This document shows positions 1-9,008 of a DNA stretch of 40,149 bases, one piece after another. The notes beneath the pieces are model-generated. The model worked only from the letters and a program-made list of their open reading frames with translations. It did not search any database and was not told where the DNA came from. Numbering within the stretch: position 1 is the first letter of the stretch; every line of letters begins with the position of its first letter. This stretch comes from an uncultured Muribaculaceae bacterium (GTDB taxonomy: Bacteria; Bacteroidota; Bacteroidia; Bacteroidales; UBA932). Made by a program: the position numbers and the translations under genes. Location of the stretch: the NCBI GenBank assembly GCA_964649555.1, contig CAZYQA010000001.1:1-40149 (forward strand), written 5' to 3'.

Positions 1-244
1 TTTTCAAATCCTTTTTTTGCCATATAAAAAATAGTTTAAAGTGTTATGTTTTAATCTTAGCAAAGATAATTATAAAATTGTTGTTAAAATCTTGATAAAT
101 ATTTGGATATACCGGTAATAATATCTAATTTCGCGCACTTATAAACCGTCTATATTGATTATAGATGCGTAGTAAATTGATACTCAACTCGTTGAGACTA
201 TACATAATGTTTAACCCACTATTTGTTTAAAACAAAAATTAAAA

Positions 245-2143
245 ATGAGTAAAGAAAAACAAATTATTGAGGCAGAAGAGACTGTTGTAGCTCCTGCTAA
301 AAAAGAGGAAACAATGGCTGCTTTCATTGAAGAGACTCCTGCTATTGTTGACGCAACTAAAAAACGCAAAAGTAATGCATCTGTTTCAGTTGATAAATTT
401 GACTGGGATGCGTTTGAAAAAGAGACTGAGTACGGTGTTTCTAAAGAGGAGATTGCAGATATTTATGACAAAACTTTGTCTACTGTAATTGAGAATGAGG
501 TTGTTGAGGGAACAGTTGTAGCTCTTACAAAAAGAGAAGTTCTTGTTAATATAGGTTACAAGAGTGAAGGTGTTATCTCTGTAAGTGAATTCAGATACAA
601 TCCTGAATTAGCAGTAGGTGACAAAGTAGAAGTTTACGTTGAGAATGCTGAGGACAAAAAAGGTCAATTAATTTTATCGCACAAAAAAGCTCGTTCATTG
701 AGATCTTGGGATAGAGTTAATGAGGCATTTGATAAAGACGAAATCGTTAAAGGTTACATTAAGTGCAGAACTAAAGGTGGTATGATCGTGGATGTATTCG
801 GAATCGAAGCATTCTTACCAGGTTCTCAAATTGATGTTAAACCTATCCGTGATTACGATGTATTTGTGAACAAAACAATGGAATTCAAAATCGTTAAGAT
901 TAACCACGAGTTCAGAAATGTTGTTGTTTCTCACAAAGCTCTTATCGAGGCTGAGCTTGAGGCTCAAAAAGCTGATATCATCGGTAAATTGGAAAAAGGA
1001 CAAATCCTTGAGGGAACTGTTAAAAATATCACTTCATACGGTGTGTTCATCGACTTAGGCGGTGTAGATGGTCTTATCCACATCACTGACTTGTCATGGG
1101 GTAGAATCAACCACCCTGAAGAGGTTGTTACTTTAGATCAAAAGATCAATGTTGTTATCTTAGATTTCGATGATACTAAGAAACGTATTGCTTTAGGTCT
1201 TAAACAACTTAGCTCTCACCCTTGGGATGCTTTAGATGCTAACTTACAAGTTGGTGATAAAGTGAAAGGTAAAGTAGTTGTTTTAGCTGATTATGGTGCT
1301 TTCATCGAGATCCAACCAGGTGTTGAGGGTCTTATCCACGTTTCTGAAATGTCTTGGTCTTCTCACTTAAGAAGCGCTCAAGATTTCTTAAAAGTTGGTG
1401 ATGAGGTTGAGGCTTCTATCTTAACTCTTGATAGAGAGGAGAGAAAAATGTCTCTTGGTATCAAACAATTAAAAGCTGATCCATGGGCTACTATCAATGA
1501 GAAATACCCAGTAGGTTCTAAACATAATGCAGTTGTTAGAAACTTCACTAACTTCGGTGTTTTTGTTGAGTTAGAAGAGGGTGTTGATGGTCTTGTTCAC
1601 ATCAGCGATCTTTCTTGGACTAAAAAAGTTAAACATCCATCTGAGTTTACTGCAATAGGTGAGCCTCTAGAGGTTGTTGTTTTAGAGATCGATCAAGAGA
1701 ACAGAAGATTGAGCTTAGGTCACAAACAATTAGAGGAGAATCCTTGGGATGTATTTGAGACTGTATTTACAGTAGGTTCAGTTCACGAAGGTACTATCGT
1801 TAACTTCAACGATAAAGGTGCTACAGTTGCTTTAGCTTACGGTATCGAAGGTTTCGCTCCTGCTAAAACTCTTGTTAAAGAGGATGGATCTAACGCTAAA
1901 GTTGATGATAAATTAGAGTTCAAAGTAACTGAATTCAATAAATCAAACAAAAAAATCGTTCTTTCTCATGCAAAAGTAGCTGATGATCAAAAAAGAGAGA
2001 CTGAAGCAACTGAGAAAGCAGTAGATGCTGATAATACTCAAAAAGCAGTTAAGAAAATCAAATCAAACATTGAGAAAACTACTCTAGGTGATATTGATGC
2101 TCTTGCAGCTTTGAAAAGCGAAATGGAAAAATCTCAAAAATAA
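245..2143 (+). CDS. rpsA: 30S ribosomal protein S1
   Basis: 632-aa ORF with ATG at 245. It is built from tandem S1/OB-fold repeats with recurring G.V..v..fG.FV.l..GvdGLiHiS(d/e)lSW motifs. Length is typical of Bacteroidota S1. Confidence 0.95.
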   Translation: MSKEKQIIEAEETVVAPAKKEETMAAFIEETPAIVDATKKRKSNASVSVDKFDWDAFEKETEYGVSKEEIADIYDKTLSTVIENEVVEGTVVALTKREVLVNIGYKSEGVISVSEFRYNPELAVGDKVEVYVENAEDKKGQLILSHKKARSLRSWDRVNEAFDKDEIVKGYIKCRTKGGMIVDVFGIEAFLPGSQIDVKPIRDYDVFVNKTMEFKIVKINHEFRNVVVSHKALIEAELEAQKADIIGKLEKGQILEGTVKNITSYGVFIDLGGVDGLIHITDLSWGRINHPEEVVTLDQKINVVILDFDDTKKRIALGLKQLSSHPWDALDANLQVGDKVKGKVVVLADYGAFIEIQPGVEGLIHVSEMSWSSHLRSAQDFLKVGDEVEASILTLDREERKMSLGIKQLKADPWATINEKYPVGSKHNAVVRNFTNFGVFVELEEGVDGLVHISDLSWTKKVKHPSEFTAIGEPLEVVVLEIDQENRRLSLGHKQLEENPWDVFETVFTVGSVHEGTIVNFNDKGATVALAYGIEGFAPAKTLVKEDGSNAKVDDKLEFKVTEFNKSNKKIVLSHAKVADDQKRETEATEKAVDADNTQKAVKKIKSNIEKTTLGDIDALAALKSEMEKSQK

Positions 2144-2146
2144 TTA

Positions 2147-3091
2147 ATGGAGTTTTCATTTACAGTTTTGGGGACAGCTTCGGCTCTCCCCACTTCTAAT
2201 AGATATCCGAGCGCTCATGTCCTAACGGTACGTGAGCGTTTGTTTTTAATAGACTGCGGTGAAGGGGCACAGATGCAATTAAGGAAAGCGGGTATTCCTT
2301 TTGCTCGAATTGATAACATTTTTATCTCTCATCTGCACGGAGATCATCTATTTGGGATTTTTGGTTTTCTCTCTACTCTGGCTATGAGTGGGAGACAAAA
2401 TCCGCTTTATATTTATGCGCCCGAAGGCTTTTCTAAGGTGCTGGAGTTTTTTATGTCTCAATTTGGGGATGGTATTAAATATGAGATTGTACATAAAATT
2501 GTCAAGTGTAAAGAGCCTGTTTTAATTGCTGAGAATAAGCATTGCGATATTTTTGCTTTTCCATTGGTGCATCGAGGTGAAACTTATGGTTTTTTATTTA
2601 AGGAGAAAATGCCTAAGCGTAATATTCATAAGCATCTGATTGATACTTATAATCTCTCTTTGTATGAAATTGCTCGCTTGAAAGAGGGGACGGATGTGGT
2701 GAGGAATGTTGTCGAAGATGGGCTTGAGTACCCTCTTGTGCTTAAAAGTAGTGAACTTACGTATTTGCCTTATGAGCCCAGGAGTTTTGCTTACTGCTCG
2801 GATACTGCCCCTTTTAAGCGCCTGTATGGCTGGATTAAGGGTGTTGATCTGCTTTATCATGAAGCTACTTATGATACCTCTCTTGCGGATTTGGCTAAAT
2901 CTACACTACATTCTACAACTGCTGATGCTGCGAATTGTGCTGTTGAGGTGGGTGCGGATAAGTTGATTATCAGTCATTTTTCTTCGAGGTATAAGGGACT
3001 AGATCTCTTGTTGAAGCAAGCTAAAGAGATTTTTCCAAATACTATGCTTGCAAAAGAGGGCATAAAATTTGAAATTCCACTAAAAAAATAA
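2147..3091 (+). CDS. rnz: Ribonuclease Z (metallo-beta-lactamase fold tRNA 3' endonuclease)
   Basis: 314 aa. Has the HxHxDH motif (ISHLHGDHLFG), an N-terminal FTVLGTASALP, and C-terminal HST..DAA and LIISHFS motifs. Starts 4 nt after the rpsA stop. Confidence 0.9.
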   Translation: MEFSFTVLGTASALPTSNRYPSAHVLTVRERLFLIDCGEGAQMQLRKAGIPFARIDNIFISHLHGDHLFGIFGFLSTLAMSGRQNPLYIYAPEGFSKVLEFFMSQFGDGIKYEIVHKIVKCKEPVLIAENKHCDIFAFPLVHRGETYGFLFKEKMPKRNIHKHLIDTYNLSLYEIARLKEGTDVVRNVVEDGLEYPLVLKSSELTYLPYEPRSFAYCSDTAPFKRLYGWIKGVDLLYHEATYDTSLADLAKSTLHSTTADAANCAVEVGADKLIISHFSSRYKGLDLLLKQAKEIFPNTMLAKEGIKFEIPLKK

Positions 3092-3100
3092 TTTTAGAAA

Positions 3101-4672
3101 ATGAAGAGATTTTTAATTCCATTCCTTTGTTTACCTATCATGCTATCAGTTGTAAAGGTAAATGCTCAGTCTTTTAAGACTCAGGAGGATGTTACAAAGA
3201 TAGGTCAGACATATTACTATTTAGACAAATTGTATTTAGATACCTTAAATTTTGGCTCTTTAACCGATAAGGTTTTGATTAATATTATGAAGGAGCTTGA
3301 TCCTCATTCGGCTTATGTGTCTGCTAAGGATGTTAAGGCAATGAGTGAGCCTTTGGAGGGGAATTTTGATGGTATAGGTGTGGAGTTTGCTTTGATTGGT
3401 GACACTTTGTCAATTCAAAATACTATTCCCGGTGGTCCTTCTGAGAAGGTTGGGATTAGAGCCGGGGATAAAATTGTGAAAGTAGATAATGAAAATATTG
3501 CCGGTACGGGTTTGACAATTGAGAGAGTGCATAAGTATTTGAGGGGGCCTAAAGGCTCTAAGGTGAATGTTTCTGTGAAAAGAAAAGGGGTGAAGGATTT
3601 GATAGAGTTTACTATAACTCGTGATAAGATTCCTATTAATAGCTTGGATGCAAATTATATGATTGATAATAATATCTTGTATTTGAAGCTGAGCCGTTTT
3701 GCTGCTACTTCTTATAAGGAGATTATGGAAGCTTTGTTGAAACAAAAGGCAAAACCTGAGGGGGTTATTTTAGATTTGCGAGGTAATTCTGGTGGCTATT
3801 TAGTGGCTGCTTTGCAGATTGCTAATGAGTTTCTTAATAAAGGTGAGCTTATTCTTTATACTGAGGGGCGTTCTGTGGATAGGATGGATGAGTTTGCTAA
3901 TGGTAATGGTAGGCTTAAAGATGTTCCTGTCGCTGTTTTGATTGATGAGAATTCTGCTTCTGCAAGTGAGATTGTTGCAGGTGCTATTCAAGACTGGGAT
4001 AGAGGAACTGTGATTGGGCGTAGATCTTTTGGAAAGGGGCTTGTGCAACAGCAACTACCTTTACAGGATGGTTCTCTGCTTAGATTGACTGTTGCAAGGT
4101 ATCATACTCCAAGTGGAAGGGTGATTCAAAGCCCTTATGAGCAAGGTAAAACTGAAGAGTATTACAAACAACTTTTTGAGCGTTATGCCAGAGGTGAGCA
4201 ATTTAATAAGGATAGTATCCAGTTTCCTGATTCTTTGAAGTATAAAACTTTGAAGCTAGGTAGAACTGTTTATGGTGGTGGAGGTATCATGCCTGATATT
4301 TTTATGCCTCAGGTTACTTCTTTTTATACTCCATTTTATGGCAAGATTGTGAGAGCCGGTGTACTTACAGATTTTGTGAATGATTATGTGGATAAGAACA
4401 GAGATTTTTTGAAAAAAGAGTATCCTTCTATTTCTGTTTTTGAGCGTAAATTCGAGGTCACCGATATTATTTTTGATTCCTTCCTTGCTTTATGTAAAGA
4501 GAAAAAGATTGAGCCTGCAGATGGTGAGTTAGAAACTTCTGCTCCTGAATTGAAGAAATATATCAAAGCATTTGTACTAAGATCTTTATTTGATTTCAAT
4601 ACATATATTGAATATTTGAACAAATCGGATGATGAGGTGCTAAAAGCTGTGGAGACAATTCGCGCAAGCTAG
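3101..4672 (+). CDS. S41 family C-terminal processing (tail-specific) peptidase with PDZ domain
   Basis: 523 aa. Has an N-terminal signal peptide, a PDZ-like GGPSEKVGIRAGDKIVKVD segment, S41 catalytic-region motifs (DLRGNSGGYL, SASASEIVAGA, GRRSFGKG), and TVARYHTPSG. Confidence 0.85.
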   Translation: MKRFLIPFLCLPIMLSVVKVNAQSFKTQEDVTKIGQTYYYLDKLYLDTLNFGSLTDKVLINIMKELDPHSAYVSAKDVKAMSEPLEGNFDGIGVEFALIGDTLSIQNTIPGGPSEKVGIRAGDKIVKVDNENIAGTGLTIERVHKYLRGPKGSKVNVSVKRKGVKDLIEFTITRDKIPINSLDANYMIDNNILYLKLSRFAATSYKEIMEALLKQKAKPEGVILDLRGNSGGYLVAALQIANEFLNKGELILYTEGRSVDRMDEFANGNGRLKDVPVAVLIDENSASASEIVAGAIQDWDRGTVIGRRSFGKGLVQQQLPLQDGSLLRLTVARYHTPSGRVIQSPYEQGKTEEYYKQLFERYARGEQFNKDSIQFPDSLKYKTLKLGRTVYGGGGIMPDIFMPQVTSFYTPFYGKIVRAGVLTDFVNDYVDKNRDFLKKEYPSISVFERKFEVTDIIFDSFLALCKEKKIEPADGELETSAPELKKYIKAFVLRSLFDFNTYIEYLNKSDDEVLKAVETIRAS

Positions 4673-4688
4673 GTCACCCATGATGCGT

Positions 4689-4748
4689 TTTTGATCGAGA
4701 AGCCATTGTTCTATATGCTTGATACTAAGTGGTATCACTCGATCAAAA
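4689..4748. terminator. Intergenic hairpin between convergent S41 peptidase and mltG (possible bidirectional terminator)
   Basis: Perfect 11-bp inverted repeat TTTTGATCGAG (4689-4699) / CTCGATCAAAA (4738-4748), sitting between two convergent stop codons. Confidence 0.35.
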
Positions 4749-4760
4749 TGCGTTTCTAGG

Positions 4761-5771
4761 TCACCTAGCTATTGCAGCCTGGTATGCTCTGGCGTTTCGG
4801 TTATGTTCTGAGAGTGTTTTGGCGAAATTATGGGTGCCGTTTAGTGAGGCATCGGCGCAAAAATATAGATAGTTATGCTTTTTGTAATTTAATACGGCTT
4901 CTATTCCCTCTATGCTAGGTATAGTGATAGGGGAGGGTGGAAGCCCTATATTTTTGTATGTGTTGTATGGAGAGTCAATTTCTAAGTGTTTATATAGTAT
5001 TCTTTTTATTGTGGGATCTCCTATTGCAAATTTTACAGTAGGGTCTGCATCCAGCTTCATACCTCTGTTTAGTCTATTCATGTAAACTCCTGCTATTGTT
5101 GTAAGCTCGGGAGAGTAGTTGCTCTCTTCGCATACTATTGATGCTAATATGGATACCTGTGCAGGTGTAAGCCCGATTTGTTTGGCTTTTTCTGTTCTAT
5201 CTTCATTCCAGAATTTATCATACTCTTTTTTGAGCCTATTTGTTAGTTGCTCAGGAGATTCTGTCCAATATACTTCGTATGTGTTTGGTAAAAATATGCT
5301 TTGGAAATTTGCGCTATCTGTGTTGTATTTTACCCATGTTGTGGGGGAGTTAAAATACTCTATGAATGCTGTTGAATCAGCCATCATTTTATTTCCTAAT
5401 GTTGCAGATAGCTTCTCTAATCCTCTAAGATTTCCGGAAAGGATGAGTTTGTATGGTGACTGCCAGCCGTTTGCCAGCATTCTTGCAAGTTCCTTATTTG
5501 TTGCCCCTTGCTTTATCTTGTACATTCCCGGCTTTATACTTTTTCCCTTTAATTCTTTATTTAGTACTTTGTTGAAGGATTTGGGATCAATAAGATAGGA
5601 ATATATTCTAGCCTTTACTGTATCCAATGGGGTATTGGGATATATAAAAATATTGCCACTTTTTTCTGCGTTTTTTTTCTCTCCTGCAAGGTATTGTGGA
5701 AGAATTAAGAGCATTATAAGTGCTAAAATTGCTGTCAGTATCCCAGTGATTATTACTATCTTATTTTTCAT
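4761..5771 (-). CDS. mltG: Endolytic murein transglycosylase MltG (YceG-like)
   Basis: 336 aa. Has a single N-terminal TM helix and YceG-family motifs (ILASIVCEES, AGVYMNRL..GM.LDADPTV.F, DSPYNTY...GLPP.PI..P, YLYFCA). Confidence 0.85.
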   Translation of the reverse strand: MKNKIVIITGILTAILALIMLLILPQYLAGEKKNAEKSGNIFIYPNTPLDTVKARIYSYLIDPKSFNKVLNKELKGKSIKPGMYKIKQGATNKELARMLANGWQSPYKLILSGNLRGLEKLSATLGNKMMADSTAFIEYFNSPTTWVKYNTDSANFQSIFLPNTYEVYWTESPEQLTNRLKKEYDKFWNEDRTEKAKQIGLTPAQVSILASIVCEESNYSPELTTIAGVYMNRLNRGMKLDADPTVKFAIGDPTIKRILYKHLEIDSPYNTYKNIGLPPSPITIPSIEGIEAVLNYKKHNYLYFCADASLNGTHNFAKTLSEHNRNARAYQAAIAR

Positions 5772-5808
5772 TTGCTTGAAGTAAGTATGACTTGTGCCGT
5801 TTGTTTAT

Positions 5809-6843
5809 TTATTTGAGCTTTATTAGGGTGCCATGTTGTAGCTCTGCCTGTTCGTTGATTTTATTGAGTGCTTTAAGTGTGTTTAGTCGCACTCCTGTGA
5901 GTTGAGATATTACATAAAGCGATTCTCCCCCTTTGGCTCTGTATGTGTCGTCTTTACTTCTTCTCTTTTTCCTCTCTATATATACTATATCCCCTTCGCT
6001 CAATATTACCTCACCTTTAAGGTCGTTAAAACCGAGGATTTCTCTTTTGAAAAGTTTGTAATCCCTTGCCAATTGCGCATAAGTGTCACCTTTTGCTGCT
6101 ATTAGGAATGTAACGCCGTTTATTTTATATAAAGGTCTTGAAAGGGCATTTGTGTAATATCTGCTCTTTTTGAGCGGTTTCAGATCGGCTCCAAATAGTA
6201 TCCCAGTAACTTTTGCATTAGGATCTTCTTGCGTTATCTCCTGCACTATGGTTTCAGGTTTTTTATTTCTCAATGCTCTTCTCTCTTCACGCTTTCTCCT
6301 GCGAGCCTCTTTCTTTGCCTCTTTAGAGCCATCATTGTCGTATTGTTGTAAATTGTTTTTTTCAACAATATCGATAAGTAGTTGAGCATACTTTGGGTTT
6401 GTTGCGTATCCGGCAGCTTTAAGCCCTCTTGCCCACGATTTATAATCATTTTGTGGTATGTCAAATAATGATTGATATCTTTTACCGTTTTTGAGAAACT
6501 CTGAGTGATCTTTGAATGATTCTTCGGCGCTAATGTATTTTCTAAAGCAGTCGCCAATTTTATCATCGGTTTTATATAATTTTTTACCTTTCCATCCATT
6601 GTGGCACTTGATTCCAAAGTGGTTATTCCCTTTTACAGCCAATCGAGAATTTCCATTGCCCGACTCTAAGCATGCTTGCGCCAAGATTATACTCGCAGGG
6701 ATCCCATAGGCATTCATCTGCCTGATAGCTATATCTTTATATTTGTTAATGTACTGAGCTCTTGTATTATTTTGTGCGCTAATGTTCAGGTTTACCAAAC
6801 AAAATGTGATAATAAGAGTTAATTTTGATAAATTTATTTTCAT
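5809..6843 (-). CDS. GH73 N-acetylglucosaminidase with two C-terminal LysM domains
   Basis: The N-terminal catalytic region (GIPASIILAQACLESGNGNS.LA...NNHFGIKCH..W.G) is FlgJ/GH73-like. Two LysM-like segments are present (AAKGDTYAQLARDY..., RAKGGESLYVISQLTG...). I chose ATG 6843 (MKINLSKL... signal peptide) over the TTG at 6867 used by the ORF track. Confidence 0.8.
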   Translation of the reverse strand: MKINLSKLTLIITFCLVNLNISAQNNTRAQYINKYKDIAIRQMNAYGIPASIILAQACLESGNGNSRLAVKGNNHFGIKCHNGWKGKKLYKTDDKIGDCFRKYISAEESFKDHSEFLKNGKRYQSLFDIPQNDYKSWARGLKAAGYATNPKYAQLLIDIVEKNNLQQYDNDGSKEAKKEARRRKREERRALRNKKPETIVQEITQEDPNAKVTGILFGADLKPLKKSRYYTNALSRPLYKINGVTFLIAAKGDTYAQLARDYKLFKREILGFNDLKGEVILSEGDIVYIERKKRRSKDDTYRAKGGESLYVISQLTGVRLNTLKALNKINEQAELQHGTLIKLK

Positions 6844-6900
6844 TACTATTGTGTTACTATCGTGCAAAAATACTAAATTTGTATTATAAGACTGTATGTT

Positions 6901-7380
6901 ATGAGTGAAAAAATTATAAATATAAAATATAATGTATTTGCGAGTGCAGATATGTTATCGGATGCCGATAGAGAGTTGTATAATGCTGCTATAGCTGCTT
7001 CGGATAATGCTTATGCTCCATATTCTAAGTTTCATGTAGGGGCTGCAGTAAGGTTGGATAATGGTGAAATTATAAGTGCGGCAAATCAAGAAAATGCTGC
7101 TTATCCTTCGGGCTTATGTGCTGAAAGATCTACACTTTTTTATGCACACTCAAAGTATCCTGATACTCCTGTTGTGGCTATCGCAATTGTAGCAAAAACA
7201 AACGGTGCATTAACTCCAACCCCAACGTATCCTTGCGGAGCATGCCGACAAGTATTGCATGAATCGCAAATGAGGGGAGGTAAACCGATAAAAATAATTA
7301 TTGGTAGCGCAAATACTGTTGAGGTAATCGACTCAGTTGCAGGTGTGTTACCTTTTGCTTTTAATAATTTGCCGGTGTAA
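6901..7380 (+). CDS. cdd: Cytidine deaminase
   Basis: 159 aa. Has the zinc-binding CDA motifs C-A-E (GLCAERSTLF) and PCGACRQ. Confidence 0.9.
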   Translation: MSEKIINIKYNVFASADMLSDADRELYNAAIAASDNAYAPYSKFHVGAAVRLDNGEIISAANQENAAYPSGLCAERSTLFYAHSKYPDTPVVAIAIVAKTNGALTPTPTYPCGACRQVLHESQMRGGKPIKIIIGSANTVEVIDSVAGVLPFAFNNLPV

Positions 7381-7428
7381 ATCGGCATTTTTTTTTGTGT
7401 TATAGAAATTTTATCTATCTTTGTGCCC

Positions 7429-7525
7429 GGGTAAGTCATATACGACCAGCTCCTGCAGAACTCCCCCAGGGCCGGAAGGCAGCAAGGGTATGCGGTTGTA
7501 GCGGTGCGATATATTCAGCTTACCC
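7429..7525 (+). ncRNA. ffs: Signal recognition particle RNA (small/4.5S type)
   Basis: Contains the conserved SRP domain IV core CCCCCAGGGCCGGAAGGCAGCAAGGGTA. The termini GGGTAAG (7429-7435) and CTTACCC (7519-7525) pair. A T-run follows (TTTTTCTTTTTT). The 61-aa ORF at 7395..7580 overlaps it. Confidence 0.8.
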
Positions 7526-7675
7526 TTTTTCTTTTTTAAAAAACTTACTTGCGGCGCTAGTTTTATCAAAACGCTTATAATTAAATAGTTAATCTTTTTA
7601 TTTTTGATTTTATTACTTTTATTTGATAGCTAATCTGCTGGTAATTAATTGTTTGATAAAACTTGTGGCACAACT

Positions 7676-8554
7676 ATGAAATGGATTCTTGCAGCAAGGC
7701 CTAAAACTTTGAGTGGAGCAGCTGCTCCGGTTTTAATTGGGTGTGCATTGGCATATTCAGGTGGAGTTTTTAATTGGGTTCCTGCGATTTTGTGTTTGCT
7801 TTTTGCGTGTTTTATGCAAATTGATGCAAACTTCATAAATGATCTGTTTGATTTTCTCAAAGGAAAGGATACTGAGGAGAGGCTTGGCCCAAAAAGAGCG
7901 TGTGCGCAAGGGTGGGTAACGCCAAGGGCAATGAAGAGTGCTATAATTATTACAACTATTCTTGCTGCCGGGGTAGGACTTTCCATCTTGTTTTTTGCAG
8001 GTTATGAGCTAATATTTCTTGGGCTGATCTGTATACTATTTGCTTTTTTATATACTGCAGGGCCTTATCCGTTGGCTTATCATGGATATGGAGATATTCT
8101 TGTCGTAGTTTTCTTTGGTCTTGTGCCAGTTTGTGGAACTTATTATGTGATGAGTCATAATGTGTCGGCTGCTTCATTAATTGCAGCTTTTGCTTGCGGA
8201 TTGGTAGTAGATACGTTGCTTATGGTAAATAATTATAGAGATAGGGTGGAGGATGCCGCAAATGGAAAGCGCACTATTGTGGTGAGATTAGGAGAGAAGG
8301 TGGGTGCTTTGTTATACCTTTTGCTAGGAATTGCTGCAGTGGTATGTTGTTTTCTACTAGTTATTTATGGATTTGTTTTTGCAGCTGTTCTACCTCTGCT
8401 ATATCTTCCGTTGCATTACATAACATGGAAAAAAATGGTGAGGATCAATCATGGGAAAGAGCTTAACTCAATCTTAGGATCTACCTCACGCAATATTATT
8501 ATATTCAGTTTATTACTGATATTAGGGATTTTTCTAGATACTCTTTCTAAATAA
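7676..8554 (+). CDS. menA: 1,4-dihydroxy-2-naphthoate polyprenyltransferase (UbiA superfamily, MenA)
   Basis: Polytopic membrane protein starting MKWILAARPKTL. Has the UbiA/MenA aspartate-rich motifs NDLFDFLKGKD and NNYRDRVEDAANGKRT. I chose ATG 7676 over the upstream TTG 7649. Confidence 0.85.
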   Translation: MKWILAARPKTLSGAAAPVLIGCALAYSGGVFNWVPAILCLLFACFMQIDANFINDLFDFLKGKDTEERLGPKRACAQGWVTPRAMKSAIIITTILAAGVGLSILFFAGYELIFLGLICILFAFLYTAGPYPLAYHGYGDILVVVFFGLVPVCGTYYVMSHNVSAASLIAAFACGLVVDTLLMVNNYRDRVEDAANGKRTIVVRLGEKVGALLYLLLGIAAVVCCFLLVIYGFVFAAVLPLLYLPLHYITWKKMVRINHGKELNSILGSTSRNIIIFSLLLILGIFLDTLSK

Positions 8555-8960
8555 AATAATCAATCGCAAATAGTCCAGGACCTGCAATAAACATAATTAC
8601 GAAAATAAATAAGTAAAGCAAAGCAGGCTCCATAATTGAGAATTTTTTACTCATTGAATCTACTTTTAGAGCAACTAGCATATTGACAATCATAGCTATC
8701 AATGCAAATTTGAATAATAATCCAGATATAAACCCGAGTGTACATACTACTTCTCCAAATATTGCAAGGTTAACAGACATCTTGTTTCCAATTTTAAGCG
8801 GATCAGGAAAATTCTCACTCAAATATTTATAACTTTTTATTTTCTCAATCCCATGAGATAACATCATCGAGCCTATCACAAGCCTCACAATTAATAAAAG
8901 AATTGACAACTCCACAGCACTTATATCTGTATAAGTTGGAAAGAAGAAATTACTATCCAT
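8547..8960 (-). CDS. DoxX family membrane protein
   Basis: 137 aa with about four TM helices. Shows the DoxX-like pattern LLLIVRLVIGSMMLSHGIEK ... GPGLFAIDYF. Converges on menA with an 8-nt overlap. Confidence 0.65.
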   Translation of the reverse strand: MDSNFFFPTYTDISAVELSILLLIVRLVIGSMMLSHGIEKIKSYKYLSENFPDPLKIGNKMSVNLAIFGEVVCTLGFISGLLFKFALIAMIVNMLVALKVDSMSKKFSIMEPALLYLFIFVIMFIAGPGLFAIDYFI

Positions 8961-9008
8961 AATATGATTTTTCTTTCTTTAACAAATTGTGTAAGTATTT
9001 GTTTCGTA

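Noticed and set aside
1-24. On the minus strand the window begins with ATGGCAAAAAAAGGATTTGAAAA (MAKKGFE...), possibly the first 8 codons of a gene running off the left edge.
   Set aside because: Eight codons are far too few to support a CDS call or a product.
7395-7580. 61-aa ORF downstream of cdd.
   Set aside because: It is overlapped by a sequence with the conserved SRP RNA domain IV core and paired termini. The RNA gene explains the region better.
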